Shown: positions 1 through 8,598 of the stretch, piece by piece | How positions within the stretch are numbered: position 1 is the stretch's first letter | How the letters are laid out: every line of letters starts with the position of its first letter | Origin: Bacteroidales bacterium | GTDB lineage: Bacteria; Bacteroidota; Bacteroidia; Bacteroidales; B18-G4 | Reading direction: 5' to 3' | DNA: 37,472 nucleotides | Assembly: GCA_021107535.1 (NCBI GenBank) | Contig: JAIOSQ010000092.1 | Location: forward strand, 1-37,472 | Program-made: the position numbers and the translations under genes | Notes under the pieces: model-generated | What the model saw: only the letters and a program-made list of their open reading frames with translations | Databases searched by the model: none | What the model was told of the DNA's origin: nothing

Positions 1-42
1 CAATATACAAAATAAAACAGACATAATCAAGTTGACATGACA

Positions 43-105
43 CTAGTGCCTATTTAGAGTGAAGATTTTAGAGTAAAGAAGTTGGCAATCTGCAGGCCTT
101 ATGCC
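43..105. repeat. Partial copy of the 177-bp composite direct repeat
   Basis: Ungapped match to 1863-1925 with 3 mismatches in 63 nt (manual alignment). Confidence 0.9.
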
Positions 106-132
106 TTATACCATTTGCCATAGCCATACTGC

Positions 133-202
133 TGTTCGTTGCTCGTTGCTCGTTGCTCGTTGTTCGTTGTTCGTTGTTCGTTGCTCGTTGTTCGGTGTTC
201 AT
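133..202. repeat. 7-bp tandem array (TGYTCGT)n
   Basis: About 10 consecutive units TGTTCGT/TGCTCGT read directly. Confidence 0.95.
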
Positions 203-212
203 TCGCTATTTT

Positions 213-270
213 CTGCAAACATGTCGCATCTACGAAGCTGAAGATTTTAGCACCGGAGGTGCGATATGCT
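213..270. repeat. Degenerate REP-like palindrome pair
   Basis: CATGTCGCATCT (220-231) pairs with AGGTGCGATATG (257-268) with two G-T wobbles. Confidence 0.55.
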
Positions 271-291
271 AAGATACTGCATTTCGCCAAC

Positions 292-336
292 GGGTCCTTC
301 GTCGTTCACTACGTTCTCTCCTCAGGATGACAATTT
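292..336 (-). repeat. GTCATCCTGA...GAAGGACC-type repeat arm, inverted relative to the copies at 1754 and 3011
   Basis: TCAGGATGACAATTT (322-336) is the exact reverse complement of AAATTGTCATCCTGA (1754-1768); GGTCCTTC (293-300) mirrors GAAGGACC (1785-1792). Confidence 0.8.
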
Positions 337-411
337 TTACTTGCTGGCCTTTATGGTAAACACCAAAAACCAATTATAACTTAGTTTGCAGAGAAAAATA
401 ATGATTACAGC

Positions 412-1518
412 TTAAAGAGTAGGAAGGTTTAGAATGTAATTTGTGCTTCTTCCACCTTCACCGGAATCCGATAAGACTCCTTTTTCGATCAAATCTTGAA
501 TATCTCTTCGGGCAGTATCTCTATGCACTTTTGTCATCTTCGCCCATTTGGATGAATGCAACTTGCCAACGAAGTCACCTTGAAGTTTATTTATCATTTC
601 GACTTGTCTCTCATTGAACTGGGTGGTTTTATGCAACTCCCAGAACTTTGCCTTTACCAATATCTTCGATAATGTTTCATCGGTTGCCTCAAGTGCCTCA
701 GTTAAGCGTTCAAAGTACCACACGAGCCATTGACTTACGTCCATACTTCCCTTTTGAGTGGATTCTAATACATCATAATACCCCTTTTTGGATTTCATGA
801 GCTGAGCCGACATACTATAGAACCTTTGCGTGGTTCTGTCTGCTCTGGCTAATTGAGTATCTGCAATGGCTCTGGCAATTCTTCCATTCCCATCATCGAA
901 CGGGTGGATACTCACGAACCATAAATGGGCTATAGCTGATTTAACTACAGGCTCCATGCTTTCATCTGTATTGAACCATTCTATAAACCCTTTCATTTCC
1001 TCTTCCAGACGTGGAGTTTCAGGAGCGGTGTAATGTACCTTTTCTCTCCCCATTGCACCTGATACAACTTGCATTGGATCGTTTTCATCACCTCTCCATT
1101 CACCCACAGTGATCTTATACATCCCACTTCTTCCTGTTGGAAATAGGGCAGCATGCCATCCACACATTCGATCTTTAGTTATGGGATCTTTATAATTCTG
1201 AGTTGCATCCAAGATCATTTCTACAACTCCCTCTACATCACGACTTGCATTAGGTAATCCTGATATTTCCATTCCTAAGCTTCGAGCCACTGACGACCTT
1301 ACTTCTTCCGGGTTTAATAGCTCGCCTTCAATTTCACTTGACTTAACAATGTCTTCAGTTAATGTCTCAAGTACGGCTTCTTCTTTTAATTCGAACCCCA
1401 TGCCTTCCATTCTACCTATTAACCTGCCTTGCAGATCACGTACTTTGCTCACGTATGGGAGTAGTGTGTCGTTGTCCCATTTAAATTTTGGCCAGTCTTT
1501 GCTATGGTGTAAATACAT
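412..1518 (-). CDS. Fic family protein (DUF4172-Fic-wHTH architecture; probable class II autoinhibited AMPylase)
   Basis: Fic motif HPFDDGNGRIAR; N-terminal inhibitory motif SSEIEG; N-terminal WPKFKWD typical of DUF4172; C-terminal HTH-like TARRDIQDLIEKG. Confidence 0.93.
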   Translation of the reverse strand: MYLHHSKDWPKFKWDNDTLLPYVSKVRDLQGRLIGRMEGMGFELKEEAVLETLTEDIVKSSEIEGELLNPEEVRSSVARSLGMEISGLPNASRDVEGVVEMILDATQNYKDPITKDRMCGWHAALFPTGRSGMYKITVGEWRGDENDPMQVVSGAMGREKVHYTAPETPRLEEEMKGFIEWFNTDESMEPVVKSAIAHLWFVSIHPFDDGNGRIARAIADTQLARADRTTQRFYSMSAQLMKSKKGYYDVLESTQKGSMDVSQWLVWYFERLTEALEATDETLSKILVKAKFWELHKTTQFNERQVEMINKLQGDFVGKLHSSKWAKMTKVHRDTARRDIQDLIEKGVLSDSGEGGRSTNYILNLPTL

Positions 1519-1534
1519 TGTTATTACTTTTAAA

Positions 1535-1630
1535 TGCCGTATTATGTGCTGCGAATATAGGGTGTATTTGCCGTATTACAAAATAAATGCCGTATTATTT
1601 ACGTCAAATAAAGCACTTAATTGCCGTATT
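1535..1630 (-). promoter_or_regulatory. Four TGCCGTATT direct repeats around the putative Fic promoter
   Basis: Exact 9-mer at 1535, 1569, 1588 and 1622; TATATTCG (-7-like box, minus strand) at 1552-1559. Confidence 0.6.
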
Positions 1631-1741
1631 GACCTGAAAAGAATCCTTTTTAATATTTTGATTAAGATCTCTTTCCAATGTAAATTAATCGTATTGTTTC
1701 ACAGAATTACCTTGTTTATACCTTAAGCCTTTGTTATCAAG

Positions 1742-1918
1742 GCCCGTAAACAGAAATTGTCATCCTGATCCCGAGTTCTCGGGAGAAGGACCTCTGTCAG
1801 GTTGCTGTGCATTGGTAGAATTATGCTGCTGGAGGAAGTGCCTAATGCCTAGTGCCGAGTGGCTAGTGCCTATTTAGAGTGAAGATTTTAGAGTGAAGAA
1901 GTTGGCAATTCGCAGGCC
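1742..1918. repeat. 177-bp composite direct repeat, copy A
   Basis: Ungapped match to 2999-3175 with 16 mismatches counted by hand (~91%); contains the palindrome TCCCGAGTTCTCGGGA and a (GTGCCKA)n heptamer block. Confidence 0.95.
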
Positions 1919-1960
1919 TTATGCCGTTTGCCTTATGCCATTTGCCTTTTGCCTTTTGCC
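1917..1960. repeat. 7-bp tandem array (CCTTWTG-like)
   Basis: CCTTATG CCGTTTG CCTTATG CCATTTG CCTTTTG CCTTTTG. Confidence 0.9.
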
Positions 1961-2009
1961 CTGACTTAAACCGGGTATTTATTGTTTCAATATATTGTTG
2001 GGTGGACAT
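1959..2009 (-). pseudogene. Possible 5' remnant of a type ISP restriction-modification/methyltransferase gene
   Basis: Minus strand reads MSTQQYIETINTRFKSG and then runs into a heptamer array; resemblance to Bacteroidota type ISP N-termini is from memory only. Confidence 0.3.
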
Positions 2010-2081
2010 TTTGAACAGACTATACTTATGGTTAAAGCGATAATTATTAATAAAAATAAATTCTCATCTCTTTTTTATAAT

Positions 2082-2149
2082 GCTACATAACGGATAGCGG
2101 TAGATTACGTGCCTATGGCATGGAATCTGACCGCATGTTATTAGCTTCC
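2082..2149 (-). mobile_element. attC-like recombination hairpin downstream of the SMI1/KNR4 gene
   Basis: TAAC(2088-2091)...GTTA(2137-2140) ends; stems GCGGT/ACCGC, AGATT/AATCT, GTGCC/GGCAT; single unpaired G at 2129. Confidence 0.65.
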
Positions 2150-2201
2150 GTTTCTATTTTTTCATTATTTTATTAATTACATTATTAAAGATTCCAATAT
2201 T

Positions 2202-2798
2202 TTATTCTTCATTTATCTTTATAAAAGCCTTTTCTATCCATGCTTCATACCAACTAATAAAATCGTATTCTTTCGTAACTCCTGATGGCATGGTATCAAG
2301 TTCATTCAAATCAATTCTCCAAATTTTTCCTCTTTGTTCACCAGTTAAGACAATATATGCAAAATAAGTACATCCTTCTGTCATGATTGGTAAGATTCCA
2401 TTTGCAGTTTGTAACCGTTTATAATAGAACCCTTTCATGTTTGCTTTCTTCTTATTTATTAATTCAATTGCATCTTCGTTAGATAGATCAAACTCTTTCG
2501 AAAATTCACCCTGCTCATCAAGGCAATATTTCCATTCTTCAAATTCGCTTAACATTTTCTCTAAACCAAAAATTCCATAATCTGGTCCAGCCCCATATCC
2601 GATTTTAAGAATGAATTCTCTGAAATCATTGGGAAGATTTACACCTATTTTATTCTCAAAATTTGATAAATCTCTGTCGCTAACTTTTGCTGAGTGGTAT
2701 TTATGACTTCTTGCACCGAAAACTTCATACTTCTTATCACTTTTTTTTAATTTTTCAAGCTTAGACTGAATCTGTTCTATTTTCCTATCAGTATTCAT
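2202..2798 (-). CDS. SMI1/KNR4 (SUKH) family protein, putative toxin immunity protein
   Basis: FENKIGVNLPNDFREFI motif, GAGPDYG, EGCTY...GEQRGKIW; AT-rich relative to the core genes. Confidence 0.88.
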   Translation of the reverse strand: MNTDRKIEQIQSKLEKLKKSDKKYEVFGARSHKYHSAKVSDRDLSNFENKIGVNLPNDFREFILKIGYGAGPDYGIFGLEKMLSEFEEWKYCLDEQGEFSKEFDLSNEDAIELINKKKANMKGFYYKRLQTANGILPIMTEGCTYFAYIVLTGEQRGKIWRIDLNELDTMPSGVTKEYDFISWYEAWIEKAFIKINEE

Positions 2799-2825
2799 TT
2801 GATATCGTTTCTTGTTTTTTCTAAT

Positions 2826-2960
2826 GGAAGCTAACGGATTGGCGGCATGAGCTTTGCCGACAATCCTGTTTCTTATTGGGTTAAAGATACGGAAATCTCA
2901 GATATGAGCGCTTAAGGTTTTTAAAATCACGCGGCATTGCTTATGCTGGCTGTTATAAAT
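2826..2960 (-). mobile_element. attC-like recombination hairpin upstream of the SMI1/KNR4 gene
   Basis: TAAC(2832-2835)...GTTA(2952-2955) ends; arms GGCATGAGC/GCTTATGCT and TGCCG/CGGCA; starts with TAACGGAT, as does the 2088 site. Confidence 0.65.
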
Positions 2961-2998
2961 ACGTAGGCCAAGCTTGTTTATATCTAATTTTCACCAAC

Positions 2999-3175
2999 GC
3001 CCGTTAACAGAAATTGTCATCCTGATCCCGAGTTCTCGGGAGAAGGACCCCTGTCAGGTTGCTGTGCATTGGTAGAATCATGCTGCTGGAGGGAGTGCCG
3101 AGTGCCGAGTGCCTAGTGCCGAGTGCCTATCTGGAGTGAAGAGTTTATAGTGAAGAAGTTGGCAATTCACAAGCC
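2999..3175. repeat. 177-bp composite direct repeat, copy B
   Basis: Matches 1742-1918 at a constant offset of 1257 bp. Confidence 0.95.
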
Positions 3176-3206
3176 CATCGCCCACTGCCCACCGCCCACT
3201 GCCCAA
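3173..3206. repeat. 7-bp tandem array (GCCCAYY)n abutting the aconitase stop codon
   Basis: GCCCATC GCCCACT GCCCACC GCCCACT GCCCAA, then the stop codon at 3207-3209. Confidence 0.9.
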
Positions 3207-5465
3207 CTACGCGCCCTTAATCAAATTCAACGCACTACCAACCCTAAACCATTCGATCTGGTTTTTATTATAGCTGTGGTTTACCGGGAAAGAATCGCTT
3301 GTTCCATCGGCATGGTGTAAGGAGATGCTTAGGGCTTTTCCAGGCTGGAAATCGTCCAGTCCGTTGATATCTATCCTGTCGCCTTCAAGAACCTTGTTAT
3401 AATCGGCCTTGTCGGCAAAGATCAGGCCAAGCATTCCCTGCTTTTTCAGGTTGGTTTCATGTATCCTTGCAAAAGATTTTACGAGGACAGCCTTTACACC
3501 AAGATTTCTTGGTTCCATTGCGGCATGTTCCCTTGAGGATCCTTCACCATAGTTTTCATCCCCGATCACGATGCTTCCGTTCCCATTGGCTTTGTAATAA
3601 CGTGCGGCAGCGGGCACCGTTTCGTACTCAGCTGTTTCCTGATTTCTCACCTCATTGGTGGCATCATTAAAGGCATTCACTGCACCGATAAGCATATTGT
3701 TGGAGATATTATCCAGGTGTCCCCGAAAACGAAGCCAGGGGCCTGCCATGGAAATATGGTCGGTAGTGCATTTCCCTTTTGCTTTTATGAGCAGGTTGAG
3801 GCCTGTGATATCGTTTCCATCCCAGGCAGGGAAAGGTGTTAGTATCTGCAGGCGCTCGGATGAAGGGTCGACAATAACCTCCACGGCACTTCCATCCTCT
3901 GCCGGAGCAACATATCCGCTGTCTTCAACCGCAAAGCCCTTCAGCGGGAATTCTATGCCCTGTGGCTCATCCAGCTTCACCTTTTCACCGTCTTCATTCA
4001 CCAGGTAATCCGTTATGGGATTAAAGGTGAGATCGCCGGCGATAGCGAAAGCAGTTACTATCTCCGGTGAGGCCACGAAGCCGTACGTGTTGGGGTTGCC
4101 ATCATTTCTTTTTGCAAAATTCCTGTTGAAGGAGGTCATGATCGCATTTTTCTCCTGCTTGTCAGCTCCATGCCTTGCCCATTGGCCAATACAAGGCCCG
4201 CAGGCATTGGCCAGCACAACACCGCCAATCTTCCTGAATACGTCCAGGTATCCGTCCCGGTCAACAGTATAACGTACCAGTTCGGAACCAGGTGTAACCG
4301 TAAACTCTGATTTCACTTTCAGCTTTTTATCAATGGCCTGCCGGGCCACCGAAGCTGACCTGGTGATATCCTCATAAGAAGAGTTGGTACAGCTTCCTAT
4401 CAGCCCAACCTCCATTTTTACAGGCCAGTCATTTTCTTTCACGGCTGCAGCAAAGCCGGATAGTGGTGTGGCCAGGTCAGGGGTAAACGGACCGTTGATA
4501 TAGGGTTCCAGTTCCGAGAGATTGATCTCTATGAGCTGGTCAAAATATTTTTCCGAATTTGCATATACTTCGGGATCTCCTGTCAGCTGGGCCATCATCC
4601 TGTCTGCTTCGGCAGCCACTTCTTTCCTGTCGGTTCCCTCGAGGTATTCACGCATTTTGGCATCATATCCAAAGATGGAGGTTGTAGCCCCGATCTCAGC
4701 GCCCATATTACAAATGGTTCCTTTGCCGGTACAGGAAATGCTTTCAGCTCCGTCGCCGAAATATTCCACAATGGCACCGGTGCCGCCTTTCACGGTGAGA
4801 ATACCGGCCACCTTGAGAATCACATCTTTGGCAGATACCCATCCACTTAATCTTCCTGTAAGCTTCACCCCAATTAATTTTGGAAACTTCAATTCCCAGG
4901 GCATTCCGGCCATCACGTCCACTGCATCGGCCCCGCCGACACCAATGGCCACCATACCAAGTCCGCCTGCATTCACGGTATGAGAATCGGTCCCTATCAT
5001 CATCCCTCCGGGGAAAGCATAGTTTTCAAGCACCACCTGGTGGATGATGCCTGCACCGGGTTTCCAGAAGCCTATCCCATATTTGTCGGAAACCGAGGCA
5101 AGAAAACCATAGACTTCCTTATTGGTATCATTGGCTGTTTTCAGATCAGCGAGTGCGCCCACTTTCGCCCGGATCAGGTGATCGCAGTGTACTGTAGAAG
5201 GCACAGCAACCTTATTTCTTCCAGCCTGCATGAACTGAAGAAGGGCCATCTGTGCAGTGGCATCCTGCATGGCCACCCTGTCGGGCCTGAAATCAACATA
5301 TGAATCACCCCTGGCGTATGCGTGAGTTGCTTCTCCTTCATCCAGATGCGAATACAGTATTTTTTCAGTCAAGGTCAATGGTTTCCCAAGCACTCTTCTT
5401 GCTGCATCAATGCGTGATGCCATACGGGTATAAACACCCTTTATCATATCAATATCAAATGCCAT
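3207..5465 (-). CDS. acnA: Aconitate hydratase (mitochondrial-type)
   Basis: 752 aa; [49 protein letters not shown] motifs. Confidence 0.97.
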   Translation of the reverse strand: MAFDIDMIKGVYTRMASRIDAARRVLGKPLTLTEKILYSHLDEGEATHAYARGDSYVDFRPDRVAMQDATAQMALLQFMQAGRNKVAVPSTVHCDHLIRAKVGALADLKTANDTNKEVYGFLASVSDKYGIGFWKPGAGIIHQVVLENYAFPGGMMIGTDSHTVNAGGLGMVAIGVGGADAVDVMAGMPWELKFPKLIGVKLTGRLSGWVSAKDVILKVAGILTVKGGTGAIVEYFGDGAESISCTGKGTICNMGAEIGATTSIFGYDAKMREYLEGTDRKEVAAEADRMMAQLTGDPEVYANSEKYFDQLIEINLSELEPYINGPFTPDLATPLSGFAAAVKENDWPVKMEVGLIGSCTNSSYEDITRSASVARQAIDKKLKVKSEFTVTPGSELVRYTVDRDGYLDVFRKIGGVVLANACGPCIGQWARHGADKQEKNAIMTSFNRNFAKRNDGNPNTYGFVASPEIVTAFAIAGDLTFNPITDYLVNEDGEKVKLDEPQGIEFPLKGFAVEDSGYVAPAEDGSAVEVIVDPSSERLQILTPFPAWDGNDITGLNLLIKAKGKCTTDHISMAGPWLRFRGHLDNISNNMLIGAVNAFNDATNEVRNQETAEYETVPAAARYYKANGNGSIVIGDENYGEGSSREHAAMEPRNLGVKAVLVKSFARIHETNLKKQGMLGLIFADKADYNKVLEGDRIDINGLDDFQPGKALSISLHHADGTSDSFPVNHSYNKNQIEWFRVGSALNLIKGA

Positions 5466-5567
5466 GCTATAATATTTATGTTTTTTCGTTCTTGCTGTTT
5501 ATGGTACTTACTCAAGATACAATTTACAAAGCCTTTTGTTTAACAAGGAAACACAATTTTCGTCCTC

Positions 5568-7196
5568 CTATTTCAATGGTTTCCAATCTGCAAAATGATC
5601 CGATACTACAAATGTCTTCGGCTCGGTGGTATAAAAGTCATTTGAATTGTAGGTCCAGCCCATGGTAGCGGAACCGCCTGCACTTTCTGTGGTGATGAGA
5701 AAGCGGTTGGAAAGGTGTCCGAAATAGTTGGCCTGGTTGCGTGGCAGTTTCTGGTCACCCCCGCTTGGGTCTACAGGGATCCATCCATAGTTCGGCAAAT
5801 ATACTTCCACCCAGCGGTGAAATACATCATCCATGCAATCATCATCTCCCCTCACAACTACTGCCCCGACATACCTGGCAGGTAATCCTGCTGCCCTGCA
5901 CATTGAAATGAAGACAAATGTGTATTCGGAGCAGGATCCGTTCCCACGTTCCAAAACTGTGGGGGCAGTGTTCCATCCGCCCACCATTTCATAATACATT
6001 TCACCCATAAGGAAATTGTATATTTTCCGTGCCATCCAGTACGGATTCTTTTCATCTCCAATCGCTCGCTCAACTGCTCCCTGAATGATAGGATGGTTAA
6101 GTTGATATTTCTCATTATCCTGAAAATAAACATCCTGGATATCCTCAGGTATCTCATCCAATCCACCTACTTTGTCGGGATAAATGAAATACCTGATCTC
6201 ATAGATCCGGGCTGTAGTAACCAGCTCTGCTTCCACCTTATCTCCTGCTTTCACATTTATAAATGAATAGTGTGCTGTTTGCTGCCCGCTTTTATCAGTT
6301 ACTATGGAGTAGCCCGGCTGGTACTGTATATGTTCAATGACCTGGTTATCCCTGTTACGGGGGACAGCCACATGGATATCGGCTGTAAGCATTTTTCCCG
6401 GGCCGAAATTTGTCAGCATATGGGTATAGCTTATCCTTGCATTCCTTTCATTTTTAAGCACAAAAAGGTCCTCATCTTTTGCTGTGAGGCAATAAAACTC
6501 ATCCTCCTGCGAATCGACAGCCCATATATATTTTCCATCCCATGCCAAACCACGGGTAAATGCGCCCGGGGCATCGGCAATGATCAGCACCTGTCCGTTA
6601 TCCGGGTCCACCATATAGATCTCGTCCAGTATACGGTCAGACACCCAGAGGTATCTCCCGTCAAATGCAAGTCCTCTCGGATCATTGGCGGGTGAACGCA
6701 GGGTTTTGATGGTGGTGCCGTCATCAGGGCTGAACTGTATGATCTCATCAGCCTTTTCATCTACACACCAGAGGTAGGTTCCATCCCACGCGAGGTCGCG
6801 GGGCCTGTCTGTGGGAGCAGGAATGACTTTTAAGACCCTACCGTCGACAGGAGACAGTTTGTAGATCATCCCCTGGTAGTTTTCCGACAGAGGTAAGCCA
6901 CCTTTCACATCCGCAGCCCAGAGCGCTTCACCATCCCAGGCAAGCCCCGTAGGCCAGTAGCCGGGAGAGGGAATACTTCTGATCATCATTCCAGTTGCGG
7001 GGTCCATGCAATAAATTTTCTGGTCTTTTCTGTCAGCAAGCCAGATATGCTTGCCATCAAATGTCATTCCTGTCGGGAAATTCCCCGGAGTATTGAATTT
7101 TTTGATAATCTGTCCGGGATAAGCGGATGATACCAGCGGCATCAGCATTCCTGCAATCAGCCCAATTGCAAAAAGTCGTTTGTAAGTGTTCATCAT
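5568..7196 (-). CDS. Secreted beta-propeller + transglutaminase-like domain protein
   Basis: Signal peptide; five P-x-G/D-L-A-W/F-D-G-type blades; transglutaminase core GSCSEY...HRWVEVY...WIPVDP. Confidence 0.88.
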   Translation of the reverse strand: MMNTYKRLFAIGLIAGMLMPLVSSAYPGQIIKKFNTPGNFPTGMTFDGKHIWLADRKDQKIYCMDPATGMMIRSIPSPGYWPTGLAWDGEALWAADVKGGLPLSENYQGMIYKLSPVDGRVLKVIPAPTDRPRDLAWDGTYLWCVDEKADEIIQFSPDDGTTIKTLRSPANDPRGLAFDGRYLWVSDRILDEIYMVDPDNGQVLIIADAPGAFTRGLAWDGKYIWAVDSQEDEFYCLTAKDEDLFVLKNERNARISYTHMLTNFGPGKMLTADIHVAVPRNRDNQVIEHIQYQPGYSIVTDKSGQQTAHYSFINVKAGDKVEAELVTTARIYEIRYFIYPDKVGGLDEIPEDIQDVYFQDNEKYQLNHPIIQGAVERAIGDEKNPYWMARKIYNFLMGEMYYEMVGGWNTAPTVLERGNGSCSEYTFVFISMCRAAGLPARYVGAVVVRGDDDCMDDVFHRWVEVYLPNYGWIPVDPSGGDQKLPRNQANYFGHLSNRFLITTESAGGSATMGWTYNSNDFYTTEPKTFVVSDHFADWKPLK

Positions 7197-7203
7197 ATTA
7201 GTT

Positions 7204-8166
7204 TTAAAATTCCAGGAGTCCCCTGCCGGTTTTCTTAATCAGTTCCTTTTCCTTCAGATCTGCAATAAGCTTATCCAGGATACCATTAATAAAAACCTTG
7301 CTTTTAGAGGAACTATAATATTTTGAGATCTCTATATATTCATTCAATGTCACCTTGACAGGGATGGAGGGGAAGGCCAGGATTTCAGCCAGAGCCATTT
7401 TAATCAATATCCTATCCATCATGGCGATCCGGTCGAGTTCCCAGTTTTTAGCCTTTTCATCAATCAGCTCTTCATACTTCTCGCTGTTCAGGATGGTTTT
7501 ACGAAATAAGTTGATCACAAACACTTTATCTTCCTCCTCGTCCTCGTTACTTTTAAGAAGTTCGGGCAATGCGGTGTATTCATCATCTGCTTCTTTCATC
7601 GACTTCAGCAGTTTCATGAGGAGGAGGTTTGCTATATGATACGCATCAAATGCCCAGTAAATAGATTTGTCTTCGTAGTAAGTTTCAAGCAATTCATAGC
7701 CTGAAAAGTTTTTCTTCACGATCTTCACAAGCATATCCTGATCCAGAACATAAGAAGATCCCTCATGTTCCATGTACTTCTTATAAAATTCACTTTCTTT
7801 CAATGTGAGATATGCCTTGCGGACCATTTCCGGTTCATTGCTCCAGTTTACTTTTAATTTATCATGAAATTTTCTGAATTCCCTGTTGTCCTCGAGCTGG
7901 GTAAGCGCTTTGTTTTCAACAAAACGCATATTCGGGTTCAGGTCTTCATCCGTAGGAAAAAACTTCTTTTTATTTTCTTCGCTGCGCTTAAGCGCAAAAT
8001 CCCTGATCTCAATCAGAAATGATAGTTGGTGGATATATAGTTCCCTGATTTTTTCAATACTGACCAGCAGCTGTTTCTCACCTTTGGCAAGGTCGCCGTT
8101 GTCGGATTGGAAGAAGGCATATACTGCCTGCAATACTTTGATCCTTAAGTGCCTTCTACTCAGCAT
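7204..8166 (-). CDS. nusB: Transcription antitermination factor NusB (long Bacteroidota form)
   Basis: MLSRRHLRIKVLQ start; NWELDRIA, VTLNEYIEISK, FINGILD. Confidence 0.95.
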   Translation of the reverse strand: MLSRRHLRIKVLQAVYAFFQSDNGDLAKGEKQLLVSIEKIRELYIHQLSFLIEIRDFALKRSEENKKKFFPTDEDLNPNMRFVENKALTQLEDNREFRKFHDKLKVNWSNEPEMVRKAYLTLKESEFYKKYMEHEGSSYVLDQDMLVKIVKKNFSGYELLETYYEDKSIYWAFDAYHIANLLLMKLLKSMKEADDEYTALPELLKSNEDEEEDKVFVINLFRKTILNSEKYEELIDEKAKNWELDRIAMMDRILIKMALAEILAFPSIPVKVTLNEYIEISKYYSSSKSKVFINGILDKLIADLKEKELIKKTGRGLLEF

Positions 8167-8204
8167 ATGGGTATGAACGAAATGGTTTACAAATCCTGAA
8201 GCTG

Positions 8205-8212
8205 CAAATGTA
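8205..8212 (-). promoter_or_regulatory. Bacteroidota -7 promoter box for nusB
   Basis: TACATTTG (TAnnTTTG) about 40 nt upstream of the start. Confidence 0.65.
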
Positions 8213-8229
8213 GAGATTTATCTAAAGAG

Positions 8230-8313
8230 TTCCAATGAAATTCCATCCCGATAGCTATCCAAAATACAAAATACAAAATACAAAGTCCAATGAAATTTCA
8301 AAGTCCAAATTCC
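8230..8313. repeat. Heptamer-based array (CAAAATA)n with TCCAATGAAATT motifs
   Basis: CAAAATA x3 plus CAAAGTC; TCCAATGAAATT at 8231 and 8286; partial palindrome CCCGATAGCTATC. Confidence 0.8.
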
Positions 8314-8326
8314 ATACATACCTCCG

Positions 8327-8440
8327 GTCCTGTGAGGAGCAGACGTTGGTAGCACGATCGGATCAACAACCAATCGCACCCCTACAGGGTGCTGTATTAT
8401 TTTTTCCATTATTTCTACCAACGTCTGGCCCCTATGGGGC
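8327..8440. repeat. REPIN-like element (inverted pair of GTAG-ended REP-like arms)
   Basis: Perfect 13-bp inverted repeat CAGACGTTGGTAG (8340-8352)/CTACCAACGTCTG (8415-8427); hairpins GCCCCTATGGGGC and GCACCCCTACAGGGTGC. Confidence 0.75.
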
Positions 8441-8460
8441 CTCTTAAAGGCCCAATGCAT

Positions 8461-8552
8461 TAAATCCCAAGCTCCAGGTTCCAAATTCCAATGAAATTTC
8501 AAAATCCATAATTCATAATTAACTCAACATCCAACACCCAACACCCAACACC
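8461..8552. repeat. Stacked heptamer arrays (AAATTCC-, ATAATTC-, CAACACC-type)
   Basis: Direct reading of 7-bp periodic blocks upstream of recQ. Confidence 0.85.
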
Positions 8553-8598
8553 TTTTTAAAATTTCATTAACTTCGTATCAGAAAACTGCCATGTAATT

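Noticed and set aside
99-330. ORFs 99-290 (-) and 139-330 (+)
   Set aside because: Their repetitive translations are by-products of the heptamer array and REP-like arms; no coding evidence.
43-3175. Possible CRISPR array
   Set aside because: Repeats are 63-177 bp, separated by gene-sized segments; no regular repeat-spacer pattern and no cas genes.
8218-8502. ORFs 8218-8502 (-) and 8235-8447 (+)
   Set aside because: Lie wholly in repeat-filled intergenic DNA.
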